From assembly GCF_006345805.1 (NCBI RefSeq), contig NC_043026.1, positions 14,859,579 through 14,923,578 on the forward strand: a DNA stretch of 64,000 nt. Direction: 5' to 3'. Shown here one piece after another: positions 1-12,975 of the stretch (the first letter of the stretch is position 1; every line of letters begins with the position of its first letter). The DNA is from Octopus sinensis. Lineage: Eukaryota. The translations under genes and the position numbers were made by a program. Below the pieces are notes generated by a model. It had not been told where the DNA came from. It worked only from the letters and a program-made list of their open reading frames with translations, and made no database searches.

Positions 1-316
1 GGTTTTTGACTAATTGACTGCGGCAGTTCTCCACCTCTGCGACATGAAGAGTTAAATTTGTCTTTGTATAGAGTTTGATTAGCTGTCCACAAGGCTGCAG
101 CTTGTGTAGGTGTGAAACCATTGGTCACTCTATGACCAGACTTTAACTTCATGGATTTAATACTTTACTGCACTAATCTTTACAGTGTGCCTCTTGTTCA
201 GATATATGATATTTTTTATTTGCTTCAGTCATTTTGACTGTGGCCATTTTGACTGTATCGTATATGTATATATATATATGTATGAAAATTATGTATTAAT
301 GGAAAACCTCTATAAA

Positions 317-400
317 TGGCTGATGATTGCTCAACATTTTAAAACTGTTGTAATACTTACAATATTTAATAAAATGATGTAGCGTGAAACGATCGTACCA
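317..400 (+). ncRNA. Type I hammerhead ribozyme motif (PLE-type, long stem II)
   Basis: tgg-CTGATGA-(ttgct..agcgt stem II)-GAAA-cgatcg-TA-cca. Stem I is tgg/cca, stem III is the palindrome CGATCG, cleavage triplet GUA. Confidence 0.7.
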
Positions 401-557
401 AATTACCAAAGTTATTCTTGTTGTTTATTTCATTATAATCACCCCATGGATTTATATGGATAACACCATACAAAATTCTCGTGCATCTAACTTAAGTATC
501 ATATTTATTTGAATCTAAATTTTGCTGAACTTATATATATATATATATATACAATTG

Positions 558-712
558 GCTTCTTTCAGTTTCCATCAACCAAATCCACTCACAAGGCTTT
601 GGTCAGCCCGAGGTTATAGTAGAGGACACTTGCCCAAGGTGCCATGGAGAGGGACTGAACCCAGAACCATGTGGTTGGTAAGCAAGCTACTTACCACAGA
701 GCCACTCCTGTT
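558..712 (-). mobile_element. SINE family A, 5' half
   Basis: Reverse complement of the family head (gtggctgtgtggtaagtagc...cttgggcaagtgtc...gaaagaagcc) seen many times in the window. Confidence 0.8.
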
Positions 713-1312
713 CCTATATATTGACAGTATATAAATATAAGTATATACAGGTACATGTATATACCCAACCCTGGTTGAAAATAAGTTTACTTCAAAATGT
801 GATTTACTGCAATTATCAGACCTCGATGGGATAAAGTCTGCATTACACATTCACAAAATAACCTAAACTGCCAATGCTAAGTGTCTGATTTCTATGGTTT
901 CTATAAAATATTGCAACTGGTGATCAGTCATTCCTCTTACCATTGTAATAAACAATCTTCTGATGCTTGTAATCAAATATTTGTGTTTTCTTGCGGTGAC
1001 GTCTGTACTCAGTGATAGATCCAGCCTTTAGTTTAGTCATGTCATAATATTCCTCCACCAGGGTCGTTTGGTTCCGCTGTGGTGGTCATGGTCAGAGTTT
1101 TGTGTTGAGACAACAATTATGAAAAATAAGAGAATACATGACAATCATTCATTTCTCAGAAACTATAGAGTTTAATAAGTTATTATATTGTATATCATGA
1201 GAGTTCTTTTTAAAACTTCAGCTTTTAGATTGTAACTGTGAGTACAAACATATATGTCCATTTGAGTTTGTATGTATACTTATGTGTGTATGCATATGCA
1301 TGCATGTATGTG

Positions 1313-1388
<76 letters not shown>

Positions 1389-1593
1389 TGTGTGTGAACT
1401 GTTGGCAATTTTCTCTTATTTTTCTTTCTCTCTCTATGGACTTTTCTCTTTCCGACAAAGAGCGATGCTCAGAACGTTAACAACTCGCTCCTTTTATTTA
1501 GCATCAGATTAATATATTTCTTGTGCACAGCCTCGTATCTGTTGTTTTATTTTTCTCTCTGTTTTTTAATTATTTGTTTATTTAAATTGACTA

Positions 1594-1648
<55 letters not shown>

Positions 1649-1837
1649 CAATAATTGGGGGTAAAATTAGTTAGTTATTAATCAATTTCACCAAGTAGTG
1701 TTCAGTATGTAAAAGGACCATTAAGGCGTATTCAAAATACGCTAGTACTGGCAGTTTGAGGGTGTTTGTCTGAGGTGATACATTGCCAGACGGGTATGTT
1801 CATTCTTTTAGTGCTTCAAATCCAAAATTAAGAAATG

Positions 1838-1899
1838 TTGAGCTGACGAAGGAAATGCTGAGTTTTATTTCAGCTAATCTAGAAACGTGACGTTCTCAA
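1838..1899 (+). ncRNA. Type I hammerhead ribozyme motif (degenerate stem II base)
   Basis: ttgag-CTGACGA-..gctga/tcagc..-GAAA-cgtgacg-TT-ctcaa. Stem I is ttgag/ctcaa. Confidence 0.6.
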
Positions 1900-1944
1900 A
1901 TGATCTTTGTACTTGTGATATTTACTGTTTTACCTCCATATCTT

Positions 1945-2260
1945 CGTGAGTTATTTTTGAGTAACATTATCTGGAGAAATTTTCTTAAAGTAGTGGAAAT
2001 GGCTAAAAAACTTTTGGCTGCTATTTCTAGAAAGTTCAGTATGTGGCAAAGTAATTTATTTTACTAAGCCCTAATTATATAATGTAATATTTTTAATATA
2101 TATATATATATATATGCATATACATTTATCATAATAAGGGTTAGGCAAAAGAATTTGCTTCACCACACACCGAACTTTAGAAATAGCAGCCAAAGGAAAC
2201 TAGGTATTTCTTCTACTGTAAGAAACAACTCCCAGACAATATATGCTCAAAAACATATTC
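1945..2260. repeat. Diverged inverted pair of PLE-like 3' ends around a (TA)n tract
   Basis: tttggctgctatttctagaaagttcagt (~2014) versus ccgaactttagaaatagcagccaaa (~2170). A related copy lies at ~55180-55300. Confidence 0.55.
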
Positions 2261-2459
2261 TTTTTTCTTCTCTCTCTTCATCTCCTTATTCCCTTACTCC
2301 CTTCCTCCATGTCATCATTTCATTAATATAAACCCCTTTCATTTTTCCTATTTGTCTCTGATGACGGAATATCCCGAAAGACTGAATATTTTCGAATAAT
2401 AATACGTATGACTTGAGATGTTTGCTTGCCTGAACGTTTGTTGTCCGCTTTAGCAATTT

Positions 2460-2877
2460 ATATATTAATATATATATATATATAGTATTATATATATATA
2501 TATATTATATATAAATTATATATTATATATGTATTATATATATATATTACATATATATATATTCTATATATATTATGTTATATATTATATATATCTTATA
2601 TATATATATTATATATATTATTATATATATTTATATATATATATATATATTATATATATTTATATATATATTATTATATATATATATATATATATGTATT
2701 TATATATATATATTATATATATATATATTATTAATATATATATAATATATTAATATATAATATATTTTATATATTATATATTATATATTATATATATATT
2801 ATATAATATATTAATATAATTATATATATATTATATATATATTATTTTATATATATATATATATATATTATAATATC

Positions 2878-2909
<32 letters not shown>

Positions 2910-3175
2910 ATATTTTATATATATATATAATATATATTATATATATATTATATATATCTTATATACTATTATATATATATTATATATATATATATTTTAT
3001 ATATTATATATATATATATTATATATATATTATATCTATATATTATAATATATATATATATAATATATTATATATATATATATATTTTATATATTATATA
3101 TATGTATATATATATATAATATATTTATATATACATATATATTACATATATATATATAATATATATATATAATAT
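2460..3175. repeat. Degenerate (TA)n microsatellite
   Basis: About 700 bp of nearly pure A/T dinucleotide repeat. Confidence 0.95.
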
Positions 3176-3556
3176 ACACACACAGCATAACCACAGAGAA
3201 TCTAATGCATTGCCTCTGATCCAAACATCACACATAGCAACAGAAGAAAGTGATACAGTATGCAACAACCACAACCACAACCACAACAACAATCGCAACA
3301 ACAAAAATGTCCACCCCTAGGTGGCGCTGCTGTCAATAGAAGTTAATGCCAGAGATACTCTACCATGACGTCTGTGAGCTGGATTCGAGCCTTGAACATC
3401 TGAGGCAGGAGCCGGAAGATGTGTGGTGGGGGCTTCGATTTAAGGGGTTTGCAGGTTCCTAAACAGCTGTCGGACCCATGGAATTGTAGAAGCAATACAA
3501 GTGTGAGAATTTCGAATAGTGTCGGCAGCATCTGAAATATATTTCATAAGATATAG

Positions 3557-4895
3557 CATCATCGTCCTCATTATCATCATCATTATTATCATCAGCATCA
3601 CCACCACCACCGTCATCATCACCAACACCCTTATCATCATCACTATCATCGTCATTATCATCATTTTCCCCAACACCGCTATCATCATCCTCATCATCAT
3701 CATCATCATCATCGTCCTCATTATCATCATCATTATTATCATCAGCATCACCACCACCACCGTCATCATCACCAAACACTCTTATCATCATCACTATCAT
3801 CGTCATTATCATCATTTTCCCAACACCGCTATCATCATCCTCATCATCATCATCATCATCATCGTCCTCATTATCATCATCATTATTATCATCAGCATCA
3901 CCACCACCACCGTCATCATCACCAACACCCTTATCATCATCACTATCATCGTCATTATCATCATTTTCCCCAACACCGCTATCATCATCCTCATCATCAT
4001 CATCGTCCTCATTATCATCATCATTATTATCATCATCATCATCATCACCACCACCACTACCCCTATCCTCATCACCATCATCGTCATTATCATCATTATC
4101 CCCAAGACCACTACAATAATCATCATCACCTCCATCATCATCCTCATCATCATCATCATCATCATCATCATTATCATCATCATTATTATCATCACCACCA
4201 CCACCACCACCACCATCACCTCCAACACCGCTATCATCATCATCATCATCATCATCGTCCTCGTTATCATCATTATCCCCAACACCGCTATCATCATCAT
4301 CATCATCATATCATCATCATCATCACCATCATCGTCATTATCATCATTATCCCCAACACCACTACCATAATCATCACCACCACCATCACTACCATCACCT
4401 CCAACACTGTCATCATCATCATCATCATCATCATCCTTATCATCATCGTCCTCATTATCATCATCATTATTATCATCATCATCACCACCACCACCACCAC
4501 CACCATCACCTCCAACACCGCTATCATCATCCTCATCATCATCCTTATCATCATCGTCCTCATTATCATCATCATTATTATCATCATCATCACCACCACC
4601 ACCACCACCACCACCATCACCTCCAACACCGCTATCATCATCATCATCATCATCATCATCGTCCTCGTTATCATCATTATCCCCAACACCACTACCATAA
4701 TCATCATCACCTCCATCCTCCTCCTCCTCCTCCTCCTCCTCATCATCATCATCATCATCATTATTATCATCATCACCACCACCACCACCACCACCACCAC
4801 CACCATCACCTCCAACACCGCTATCATCATCATCATCATTGTCATCATTATCATCGCCATCATCATTATAATGATCATCAACACCAACACTATCA
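3557..4895. repeat. (CAT/CAC)n cryptic trinucleotide repeat with internal block duplications
   Basis: Recurrent blocks such as 'ccaacaccgctatcatcatc' and 'atcgtcctcattatcatc'. Confidence 0.9.
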
Positions 4896-4902
4896 CTATG
4901 GT

Positions 4903-5020
4903 GGTCCTGTAATTCTTATGTATCTCCCTTTTGAGCAGTTCTAAATAATGGCTCTTGGTAAGCTTATATATGTTGCTGGTTTTATCCGATTGGACCAGGA
5001 TAGAAGATGCTAACAAAATT
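4903..5020 (-). mobile_element. Penelope-like retroelement ORF fragment (N-terminal of RT)
   Basis: Translation ILVQSDKTSNIYKLTKSHYLELLKREIHKNY resembles the '(A/S)DKT.N.Y.....Y..LL...I.K.Y' motif of PLE polyproteins. Confidence 0.5.
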
Positions 5021-5890
5021 CCTTTAGGACAACCCTAACAGAATTAAATTTTTGTCTAGTAATTCTAAGATTAAGAATTCCATTTACCAGTGTAGAATTT
5101 CTTCCAGTACCGATGTTTTCTTTTATATAGGAGCGTCCACCTCTTAGTTATCCAAGAGAATTTCTCACCACTATTCGACATTCAGGGATAGGAAAAAACG
5201 ACATAGTACAGGGCTAAGTAAATTAGTTTGGCGTCTTAAAGACAATGATATAATTTTCAAGTTAGATTGGTTCATATTGTCTGTATCCTTTCCTTTTGAT
5301 AAGGGCAGGAGATTTTGTAACATTTGTAACTCTGAACTCTTCCATATTCTTTTCGCAAAGGTTCCCCTAGTAAACACACTCATAGAAAAATCGTACAAAT
5401 GTAAACACTGGCAGAAACACACTTTCTACTCATATAAATGATAACGGTTGTCACTGTGGTCTGAACAATTAGGTTCACGTCCACTCCACTGCTATAGAGA
5501 AATTCTTTCCTAAGCCTTCGAACATTCTTTCAATCAACATACACTTCCCTCTCCACTTGTTCCCTACCTATTACTCCTTTATACCTTCCCTTACTGCTAC
5601 CTATCTTTGACGTCTGTCTCTCTCTCACACACACAGACACAAATGCAGTTATACACACACACAAACACACGCACTCATTAACACAAGCACACACCCACAC
5701 ATTTCCATACATACAGCAAACATACTGTCCCCTACCCATTATTACTTTATCCCTTTCCTTCCTCCTACTATCCATTTTTGACGTCATTTCTTCTAACGGA
5801 TTAAAAAAAAAACACTCATTATCGCTCTGTTTACCATGTAGGCAATCATCGAAGTTTTTGTTCGTCTTGTTGTCGAGAGAGGCTCCCTTT

Positions 5891-5972
5891 CTTTCCTGAT
5901 GAGAAGATTGCATAATGCACCCTTTGTTCCTTCGGAATGAAAATATGCTGTCTTCGAAACATGTGTCGAGAG
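5891..5972 (+). ncRNA. Type I hammerhead ribozyme motif
   Basis: ctttc-CTGATGA-gaaga..gcata...tatgc..tcttc-GAAA-catgtg-TC-gagag. Perfect 5-bp stem II base, GUC cleavage triplet. Confidence 0.75.
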
Positions 5973-6171
5973 TAAAGGAATTTTGTTAACATCTTCGTTC
6001 GACTCCATTCTTTCATTTATTCATATGCAACACACAAATTTCTGCACATGAACCCGGAGTTTCTACCCTTGACAGGTCGCTTCAGCCGTGTTTTCTGATG
6101 TGAATTTGCTACCCAGGTTTCGGTTAAACGAATTTTCCATGCTGACGATAAACATAGGATAATTCATTCAC

Positions 6172-6264
<93 letters not shown>

Positions 6265-6274
6265 TGTACATATG

Positions 6275-6650
6275 TGGAGGCACAATGGCCCAGTGGTTAG
6301 GGCAGTGGACTTGCGGTTGTGGGATCGCGATTTTGATTCCTAACCCGGACATTGTGAGTGTTTATTGAGCGCAGACACCTAAATCTCTACAAGTCTCAGC
6401 ATGGAGTGGTGGTGGTGAACCTTGTGCTCTTTCACCACAACTTTCTCTCACTCTTTCTTCCTGTTTCTGTTGTACCTGTATTTCAAAGGTGCCAGCCCTG
6501 TCACACTCTCTGTCACGCTGAATCTCCCTGAAAACTACATTAAGGGTACATGCGTCTGTGGAGTGCTCAGCCACTTGCATGTTAACCTCATGAGCAGGCT
6601 ATTCCGTTGATCAGATCCACTGTAACCCTTGTCGTCATAACCGACGGAGT
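6275..6650 (+). mobile_element. tRNA-derived SINE family B
   Basis: Head ggaggcacaatggcccagtggttagggcag...ttgattcc (A box and degenerate B box), body shared with copies at 9388, 10950, 30116 and 46604. Confidence 0.8.
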
Positions 6651-6699
6651 GGCATGGTATACATGTGTGTGTATATATATATATATGTATTGTACATAT

Positions 6700-6990
6700 C
6701 ATCATCATCATCATCATCATCATCGTTTAGCGTCCGCTTTCCGTGCTAGCATGAGTTGGACGGTTCAACTGGGGTCTGGGAAGCCAGAAGGCTGCACCAG
6801 GCCCAGTCTGATCTGGCAATGTTTCTACGGCTGGATGCCCTTCCTAATGCCAACCACTCCGTGAGTGTAGTGGGTGCTTTTTACCTGCTTTTACCAGCGC
6901 AGGTGCAGACGAGGCTGGCAAACGGCCACAATCGGATGGTGCTTTTTACGTGCCACCGGCACAGGTGCCAGACGAGGCACGGCACGGAGG
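6700..6990 (-). mobile_element. SINE family D (ggcattaggaagggcatccagcc motif, (GAT)n tail)
   Basis: Same body at 15295, 15635, 28590, 29700 and 49870. The tail resembles RTE-type 3' ends. Confidence 0.7.
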
Positions 6991-6994
6991 CAAG

Positions 6995-7027
<33 letters not shown>

Positions 7028-7758
7028 TCATACACACATACACATGCACAAATACATGAATGTATGTATGTATATATATGTGTGTGTGTATGTGTGTGTG
7101 TGTGTGTGTGTGTGTATGTATATATACATATATATATATATGTATATTTATATATATACATATATATTCAAGCACACACGCACACACACATGTATACAAA
7201 CATACATACATACATACATATATATATACGTATGCTTTTCTTAAGGATTTATGTTTTCTTCCAACTACCGATGACTGTGTATGCGTATACATGTGTATAT
7301 TTTGTATGTGTGTGTGTGTGTGTGTGTCTGCTGGTATGTGTGCATGTGATGAGACAATGGTGTCACCATGGTAAACAAAAGACACATTAGGTGTGTCTAA
7401 TCCGCTTAGATTAACTAATGCCCCCCCCCCCCCAACATCTTTCAAACAAGGATTAATGACACAACTAATTAAAAAAAAAAAATAAATGCTCGTTATATAA
7501 AACTTAATTAAGACAACCTAAATAACCGAAATATTTCTGCTGACATGCTGCTGTTGTTGTTGTTGATGCTGCTGCTGCTGCTGCTACTGCTGTTGTTAAT
7601 CGTTTCCTGACAAATGGAACCCAGGATCGACAGAATTTACTGAAGACCTTGAAGAGTGAGGAGAGGTCTTTGAAGGGGTCGTGATTAATGATTAAAGGAT
7701 TCTGGCAATCAGCTGATTGATCACTTCATCATTACACTAAACAATAATTAAACAATCA

Positions 7759-8157
7759 GGTGCGCAGGTGTGGCTGTGTGGTAAGTAGCTTGCTTACCAA
7801 GCACATGGTTCCGGGTTCAGTCCCACTGCGTGGCACCTTGGGCAAGTGTCTTCTACTATAGCCTCGGGCCGACCAAAGCCTTGTGAGTGGATTTGGTAGA
7901 CGGAAACTGAAAGAAGCCTGTCGTATATATGTATGTATGCGTGTGTGTGTTGTGTGTCTGTTTGTCCCCTAGCATTGCTTGACAACCGATGCTGGTGTGG
8001 TTTACGTCCCCGTTACTTAGCGGTTCAGCAAAAAAGACCGATAGAATAAGTACTGGGCTTACAAAAGAATAAGTCCCGGGGTCGAGTTGCTCGATTAAAG
8101 GCGGTGCTCCAGCATGGCCGCAGTCAAATGCCTGAAACAAGTAAAAGAGTAAAAGAG
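7759..8157 (+). mobile_element. tRNA-derived SINE family A, full length
   Basis: A box tggctgtgtgg, B-box-like gggttcagtccc, CORE-like ccttgggcaagt, internal (TA/TG)n, tail (gtaaaaga)n. Confidence 0.85.
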
Positions 8158-8531
8158 AATCAGGTGCAGGAGTGGCTGTGTGGTAAGTAGCTTGCTTAGC
8201 AGCAACATGATTCTAGGTTCAGTCCCACCACAAGGCACCTTTGGCAAATGTCTTCTACTAGGGCTTCAGGCCAAGCAAAGCCTTGCGAGCGGATTTTGAA
8301 GTCTAAACAAAGCCCATCATGTGTGTGTGTGTCAAGGTGGCGCTGGCATTAGCCACGTTTGGATGGTGCTTTTTACGTGCCACCGGCACAGGGATCACAA
8401 CTGCTATTTCCATTTGATATTTATTTCAATGTTTATGTACTTGACTCAATAGGTCTCCTCAAGCACAGCAGGTCATGTGCCACCGGCACAGAAGCCTGTC
8501 AAGGCAGCACTGGCATCGGCCACGTTTGATA

Positions 8532-8580
<49 letters not shown>

Positions 8581-8827
8581 GTATTAGGGAGTATATCCAA
8601 ACTTACAGGGAAAAATTAGATTTAGGATTAAATCAAATTTCACAGTATAAATATATAAAATATGAATTAGAGATAAAAGCAGTATTAGGCAACTCAAACT
8701 GAAAAACATAAACCAAAACATATAAAACAAAAAATAAATATAATTAATATAATATATATATATAAAATATAAAATTTAAAATATAAATAATTAAAATTTT
8801 AAATTTTATATTTTATATATATATAAT

Positions 8828-8995
8828 TGCGCCTGGATCGCGCCTTTCTCATCCACGTGATCCCAATCGTCCTCTTGAAATCGTCACTCCACCGTCGTGG
8901 AGGTCTTCCGGGTGGTCTTTTCCGCTCATGCGGGTACCACTCGACAAATGCGTGCATCCACCGATTATCGGTGAGCCAGGCAACGTGTCCAGAGA
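8828..8995 (-). mobile_element. RTE-clade LINE 3' ORF fragment
   Basis: GHVAWLTDNRW...WYPHERKRPPGRPPRRWSDD is a typical RTE C-terminal GH..R / RP.GRP..RW.D motif. Confidence 0.75.
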
Positions 8996-9176
8996 GGAGT
9001 GGACAGCGTACTGTGACCAGCGGTGTCAAATGGACGCCTGACGGACTGGTCGGTCAAAGTGATCAAAGTGATATATATATAATATTAATTATATTTATTT
9101 TTTGTTTTTTATGTTTGGAGTTTGAAAAGGTGCTCAGAGTTATCATTCATGACAAGAGAATTCATCCGTATGCATA

Positions 9177-9810
9177 CAGGGTGGGAAAAAAGTCACTATA
9201 CGGTTACTTATAATAAAAAGGGCAAAGCATTGAAGCAGGTGCCGTGTTGTTTGAACAGAATCGGTAATTAATTTACTATTGTTTACCATAGCATTTTGTT
9301 ATTATTAACCAGAATTAACCAGAACCATTTTAATAATTAATATATGAGCTGTTGATTAATTGCTTTATCTTAATTAATATTGTAAGTGGAAGCACTCCGT
9401 CGGTTATGACGACGAGGGTGCCGGTTGATCCGAATCAATGGAACAGCCTGCTCGTGAAATTAACGTGTAAGTGACTGAGCACTCCACAGACACGTGTACC
9501 CTTAACGTAGTTCTCGGGGATATTCAGCGTGACACAGAGAGTGACAAGGCCGGCCCTTTGAAATACATGTACAACAGAAACAGGAAGTAAGAGTGAGAGA
9601 AGTGTGTGGTGAAAGAGTACAGCAGGATCACGACATCCCCTGCCGGGGCCTCGTGGAGCTTTTAGGTGTTTTCGCTCAATAACACTCACAATGCCCGGTC
9701 TGGGAATCGAAACCGCGATCCTATGACTGCGAGTCCGCTGCCCTGACCACTGGGCCATTGCGCCTCCACAATATTGTAAGTAACTGTATAGGGACTTTAT
9801 TGCCACCCTG
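9177..9810. mobile_element. Tc1/mariner-type MITE carrying a nested SINE
   Basis: TIRs ta|cagggtgggaaaaaagtcactatacggttac ... gtaactgtatagggactttattgccaccctg|ta with TA flanks. Confidence 0.7.
9388..9769 (-). mobile_element. SINE family B with 12-bp TSD
   Basis: Flanked by aatattgtaagt at 9376-9387 and 9770-9781. Confidence 0.85.
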
Positions 9811-9999
9811 TATATATTTTATTCACCCCACAGCTTTTCACCACGCTTGTTTTTAAGTGAGGTCTCTGGCTTCGGAATTCTTTGAACTCTGATTTATAGC
9901 AAAGCTGGTGGTTTCCGGTCCCTTAATGTTTTAAATTTACCTGCACAGTTCATGCTTTGGACAGCCACTAGTATTATTATTAATAACAATGTAATTGTA

Positions 10000-10342
10000 T
10001 GTGGTGATGGTGGTAACCCCCTTCGGTCATCACTGACCATGGGTTTGCACCTAGAGAGTTACCCTCTGAGGCACAAGTCTGGGCAAGGTTGTTATTTTAT
10101 GGAAGACCAGCAGTCGCCCATGCATACCGGCCTCCCCTCTCCACACCACTAGTGTTATCCAAGGGGCCGATACAGCTTGGCACCTGTGACGTCGCAACTC
10201 ATTTCTACAGCTGAGTGAACTGGAGCAATGTGAAATAAAGTGTCTTCTCAAGAACACAACGCGCAGCCTGGTCTGGGATTCAAGCTCACAACCTCATGGT
10301 CGTAAGCTCGACGCTTTAACCACTGAGCCACGCGCCTTCACT
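10000..10342 (-). mobile_element. tRNA-derived CORE-like SINE (family E)
   Basis: Minus strand reads ggcgcgtggctcagtggttaaagcg...gcttgaatccc...gtgttcttgagaagacactttat. Confidence 0.65.
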
Positions 10343-10353
10343 GAATTGTATGT

Positions 10354-10388
<35 letters not shown>

Positions 10389-10391
<3 letters not shown>

Positions 10392-10504
10392 GGCCATATC
10401 ACGTTGAAAGCACCGGTTCTCGTCCGATCACCGAAGTGAAGCAACGTTGAGCCTAGTCAGTACTTAGATGGGTGACCGTTTGGGAAACCTAGGTGCAGTA
10501 AGCA
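10389..10504 (+). pseudogene. Dispersed 5S rRNA copy (probable pseudogene)
   Basis: tacggccatatcacgttgaaagcaccggttctcgtccgatcaccgaag...agtacttagatgggtgaccg...gtaagca matches metazoan 5S. The first ~3 nt are replaced by (TA)n and there is no oligo-T terminator. Confidence 0.85.
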
Positions 10505-10519
10505 TAGCAGATTGTTATA

Positions 10520-10940
10520 GGCGTAGGAGTGGCCGTGAGGTAAGTAGCTTGCTTACCAACCACATGGTTTCGAGTTCAGTTCCACTGCATGGCACTTTGG
10601 GCAAGTGTGTTCTACTATAGCTTCGGGCCGACCAAAGCCTTTTGAATGGATTTGGTAGACGGAAACTGAAAGAAGCCCGTTGTATATATGTATATATATA
10701 TATGTATGTGTGTATGTGTGTGTATGTTTGTGTCTGTGTTTGTCCCCCCAGCATCGCTTGACAACCGATGGTGTATTTACGTCTCCGTAACTTAGCGGTT
10801 CGGCAAAAGAGACCGATAGAATAAGTACTAGGCTTACTAAGAATAAGTCCTGGGGTTGATTTGCTCGACTAAAGGCGGTGCTCCAGCATGGCCATAGTCA
10901 AATGACTGAAACAAGTAAAAGAGTAAAAGAGTAAAAGAGT
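10520..10940 (+). mobile_element. SINE family A, full length
   Basis: Head, internal microsatellite and (gtaaaaga)n tail. Confidence 0.85.
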
Positions 10941-10949
10941 ATATATATC

Positions 10950-11245
10950 ACGTGATCACTTGATATCAGATGTTGTTACACATCGCTGGTCACAATGCAC
11001 TTCGTATTGTTTTAGCCTTCAAATGACGCCACCCCGCTGGCTAAGCAAGCAGGCCAACAGAAGAAAGAGTGAGAGAAAGTTGTGGTGAAAGAGTACAGCA
11101 GGGATCACCACCACCCCCTGCTGGAGCCTCGTGGAGCTTTTTAGGTGTTTTCGCTCAATAAACATAAGGCCTGGCCTGGGAATCGAAACCGCGATCCTAC
11201 AACCGCAAGTCTGCTGCCGTAACCACTGGGCCATTGCGCCTCCAC
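10950..11245 (-). mobile_element. SINE family B variant
   Basis: Family B head on the minus strand with an alternative tail shared with 30116-30412. Confidence 0.75.
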
Positions 11246-11264
11246 ATATATATACATATTACAC

Positions 11265-11545
11265 AAATACTAGAACTGGGCGCCACTGCATAGTGCCAAG
11301 GACTCCAAATTTGTATCAAGATGTAGGACAAGATACTGTGATAGCCTGGGCTTCAGAGGTCCACAGCTCTTCAATATCCTCCCGAGGGACCTGAGAGGCC
11401 TGCAAAGGGGTGGATGCAGATGTCTTTAAAATAAAACTGGACCTCTTCCTGTCAGGTGTCCCAGATGAACCAACTTCACGGCAGGAGGGGCAGATGAGGG
11501 CAGCTTCTTCGAACTCTCTCATGCACCAAATGGCATTTGCTAAAA
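11265..11545 (+). mobile_element. CR1/L2-like LINE 3' fragment
   Basis: Frameshifted translation GFRGPQLFNILP.DLR...FKIKLDLFLSGVPDEP. Confidence 0.65.
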
Positions 11546-11800
11546 AGCATTGGTGAAGTAAAATTATGTAGCAGCACCAAATGGTGGTGCCCCAGCATGG
11601 CCACAGCTTGTGAGCTGAAACTAGATAAAATAAAAAAAAATAATAAAAAAAAACACACACACACACACACACGTAAGATCCAAGGATTGAGGTGTAGAAA
11701 GAAAGATTCAAGCAATCCATAGTAAATACAGATTCTGATTGAATCTTCCGTGTGTAAACATGTACCTCCTTTTGACAGTGTAAACTTCCTTTAATCAAAA

Positions 11801-12405
11801 TACCTATTTCCTTATTGCCCACAAGGGGCTAAACACAGAGAGGACAAACAAGGACAGACAAACAGATTAAGTCGATTATATTGACCCCAGTGCGTAGCTG
11901 GTACTTATTTAATAGACCCCGAAAGGATGAAAGGCAAAGTCGACCTCAGCGGAATTTGAACTCAGAACGTAGGGGGAGACAAAATACCTATTTCTTTACT
12001 ACCCACAAGGGGCTAAACACAGAGAGGACAAACAAGGACAGACAAACAGATTAAGTCGATTATATTGACCCCAGTGCGTAACTGGTACTTAATTTATCGA
12101 CCTCGAAAGGATGAAAGACAAAGTCGACCTCGGCGGAATTTGAACTCAGAACGTAGGGGCAGACGAAATACCTATTTCTTTACTACCCACAAGGGGCTAA
12201 ACACAGACAGGACAAACAAGGACAGACAAACGGATTAAGTCGATTATATTGACCCCAGTGCGTAACTGGTACTTAATTTATCGACCCTGAAAGGATGAAA
12301 GGCAAAGTCGACCTCAGCGGAATTTGAACTCAGAACGTAATGGCAGACGAAATACGGCTATGCATTTCGCCCGGCGTGCTAACGATTCTGCCATCTCGCC
12401 ACCTT
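11801..12405 (-). mobile_element. SINE family C with body tandemly triplicated (~184-bp period)
   Basis: tacctatttc at 11801, 11985 and 12169. Flanks share ctttaatcaa(a/g)atacc (TSD-like). Confidence 0.8.
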
Positions 12406-12542
12406 ACTTTAATCAAGATACCCTTGGCCTGAAGGGTAGCCTGCAGTGTGCAGCTCACTTAGATATTCCCCAATTCTGAGGTTCTGCTTGCTATGCAACA
12501 TATGAAACCTGGATCTTACCTCTACTCCATTCTTTCACTTTT

Positions 12543-12753
12543 CTCTTTTACTCTTTTACTTGTTTCAGTCATTTGACTGCGGCCATGCTGGAGCACCGCC
12601 TTTTAGTTGAGCAAATCGACACCCAGGACTTATTCTTTGTAAGCCTAGTACTTATTCTATCAGTCTCTTTTGCCGAACCGCTAAGTAACAGGGACGTAAA
12701 CAAACCAGTATTGGTTGTCAAGCGATGTTGGGGGGACAAATACAGACACACAA

Positions 12754-12810
<57 letters not shown>

Positions 12811-12975
12811 TACGACGGGCTTCTTTCAGTTTCCGTCTACCAAATCCACTCACAAGGCTTTGGTCGGCCCAGGGCTATAGTAGAAGACACTTTTCCAAGG
12901 TGCCACACAGTGGGACTGAACCTGGAACCATGTGGTTGGTAAGCAAGCTACTTACTACACAGCCACTCCTGCACC
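12543..12975 (-). mobile_element. SINE family A, full length
   Basis: Reverse complement of the family A consensus. Confidence 0.85.

Noticed and set aside
1447-1482. ccgacaa-a-gagc-gat-gctc-agaa-cg-tt hammerhead-like remnant
   Set aside because: Core mutated at several invariant positions; a decayed copy at best.
2353-2385. CTGATGA-cgga..tccc-GAAA
   Set aside because: No convincing stem III or stem I closure, so not called as a ribozyme.
1225-3175. ORFs rich in YI/CV/HT repeats (also at 6.9k, 14.8k, 48k, 62.8k)
   Set aside because: Translations of (TA)n, (TG)n and (CA)n microsatellites, not proteins.
3440-5016. Long poly-I/M/D ORFs up to 283 aa
   Set aside because: Trinucleotide repeat open in several frames, with no splice or homology support.
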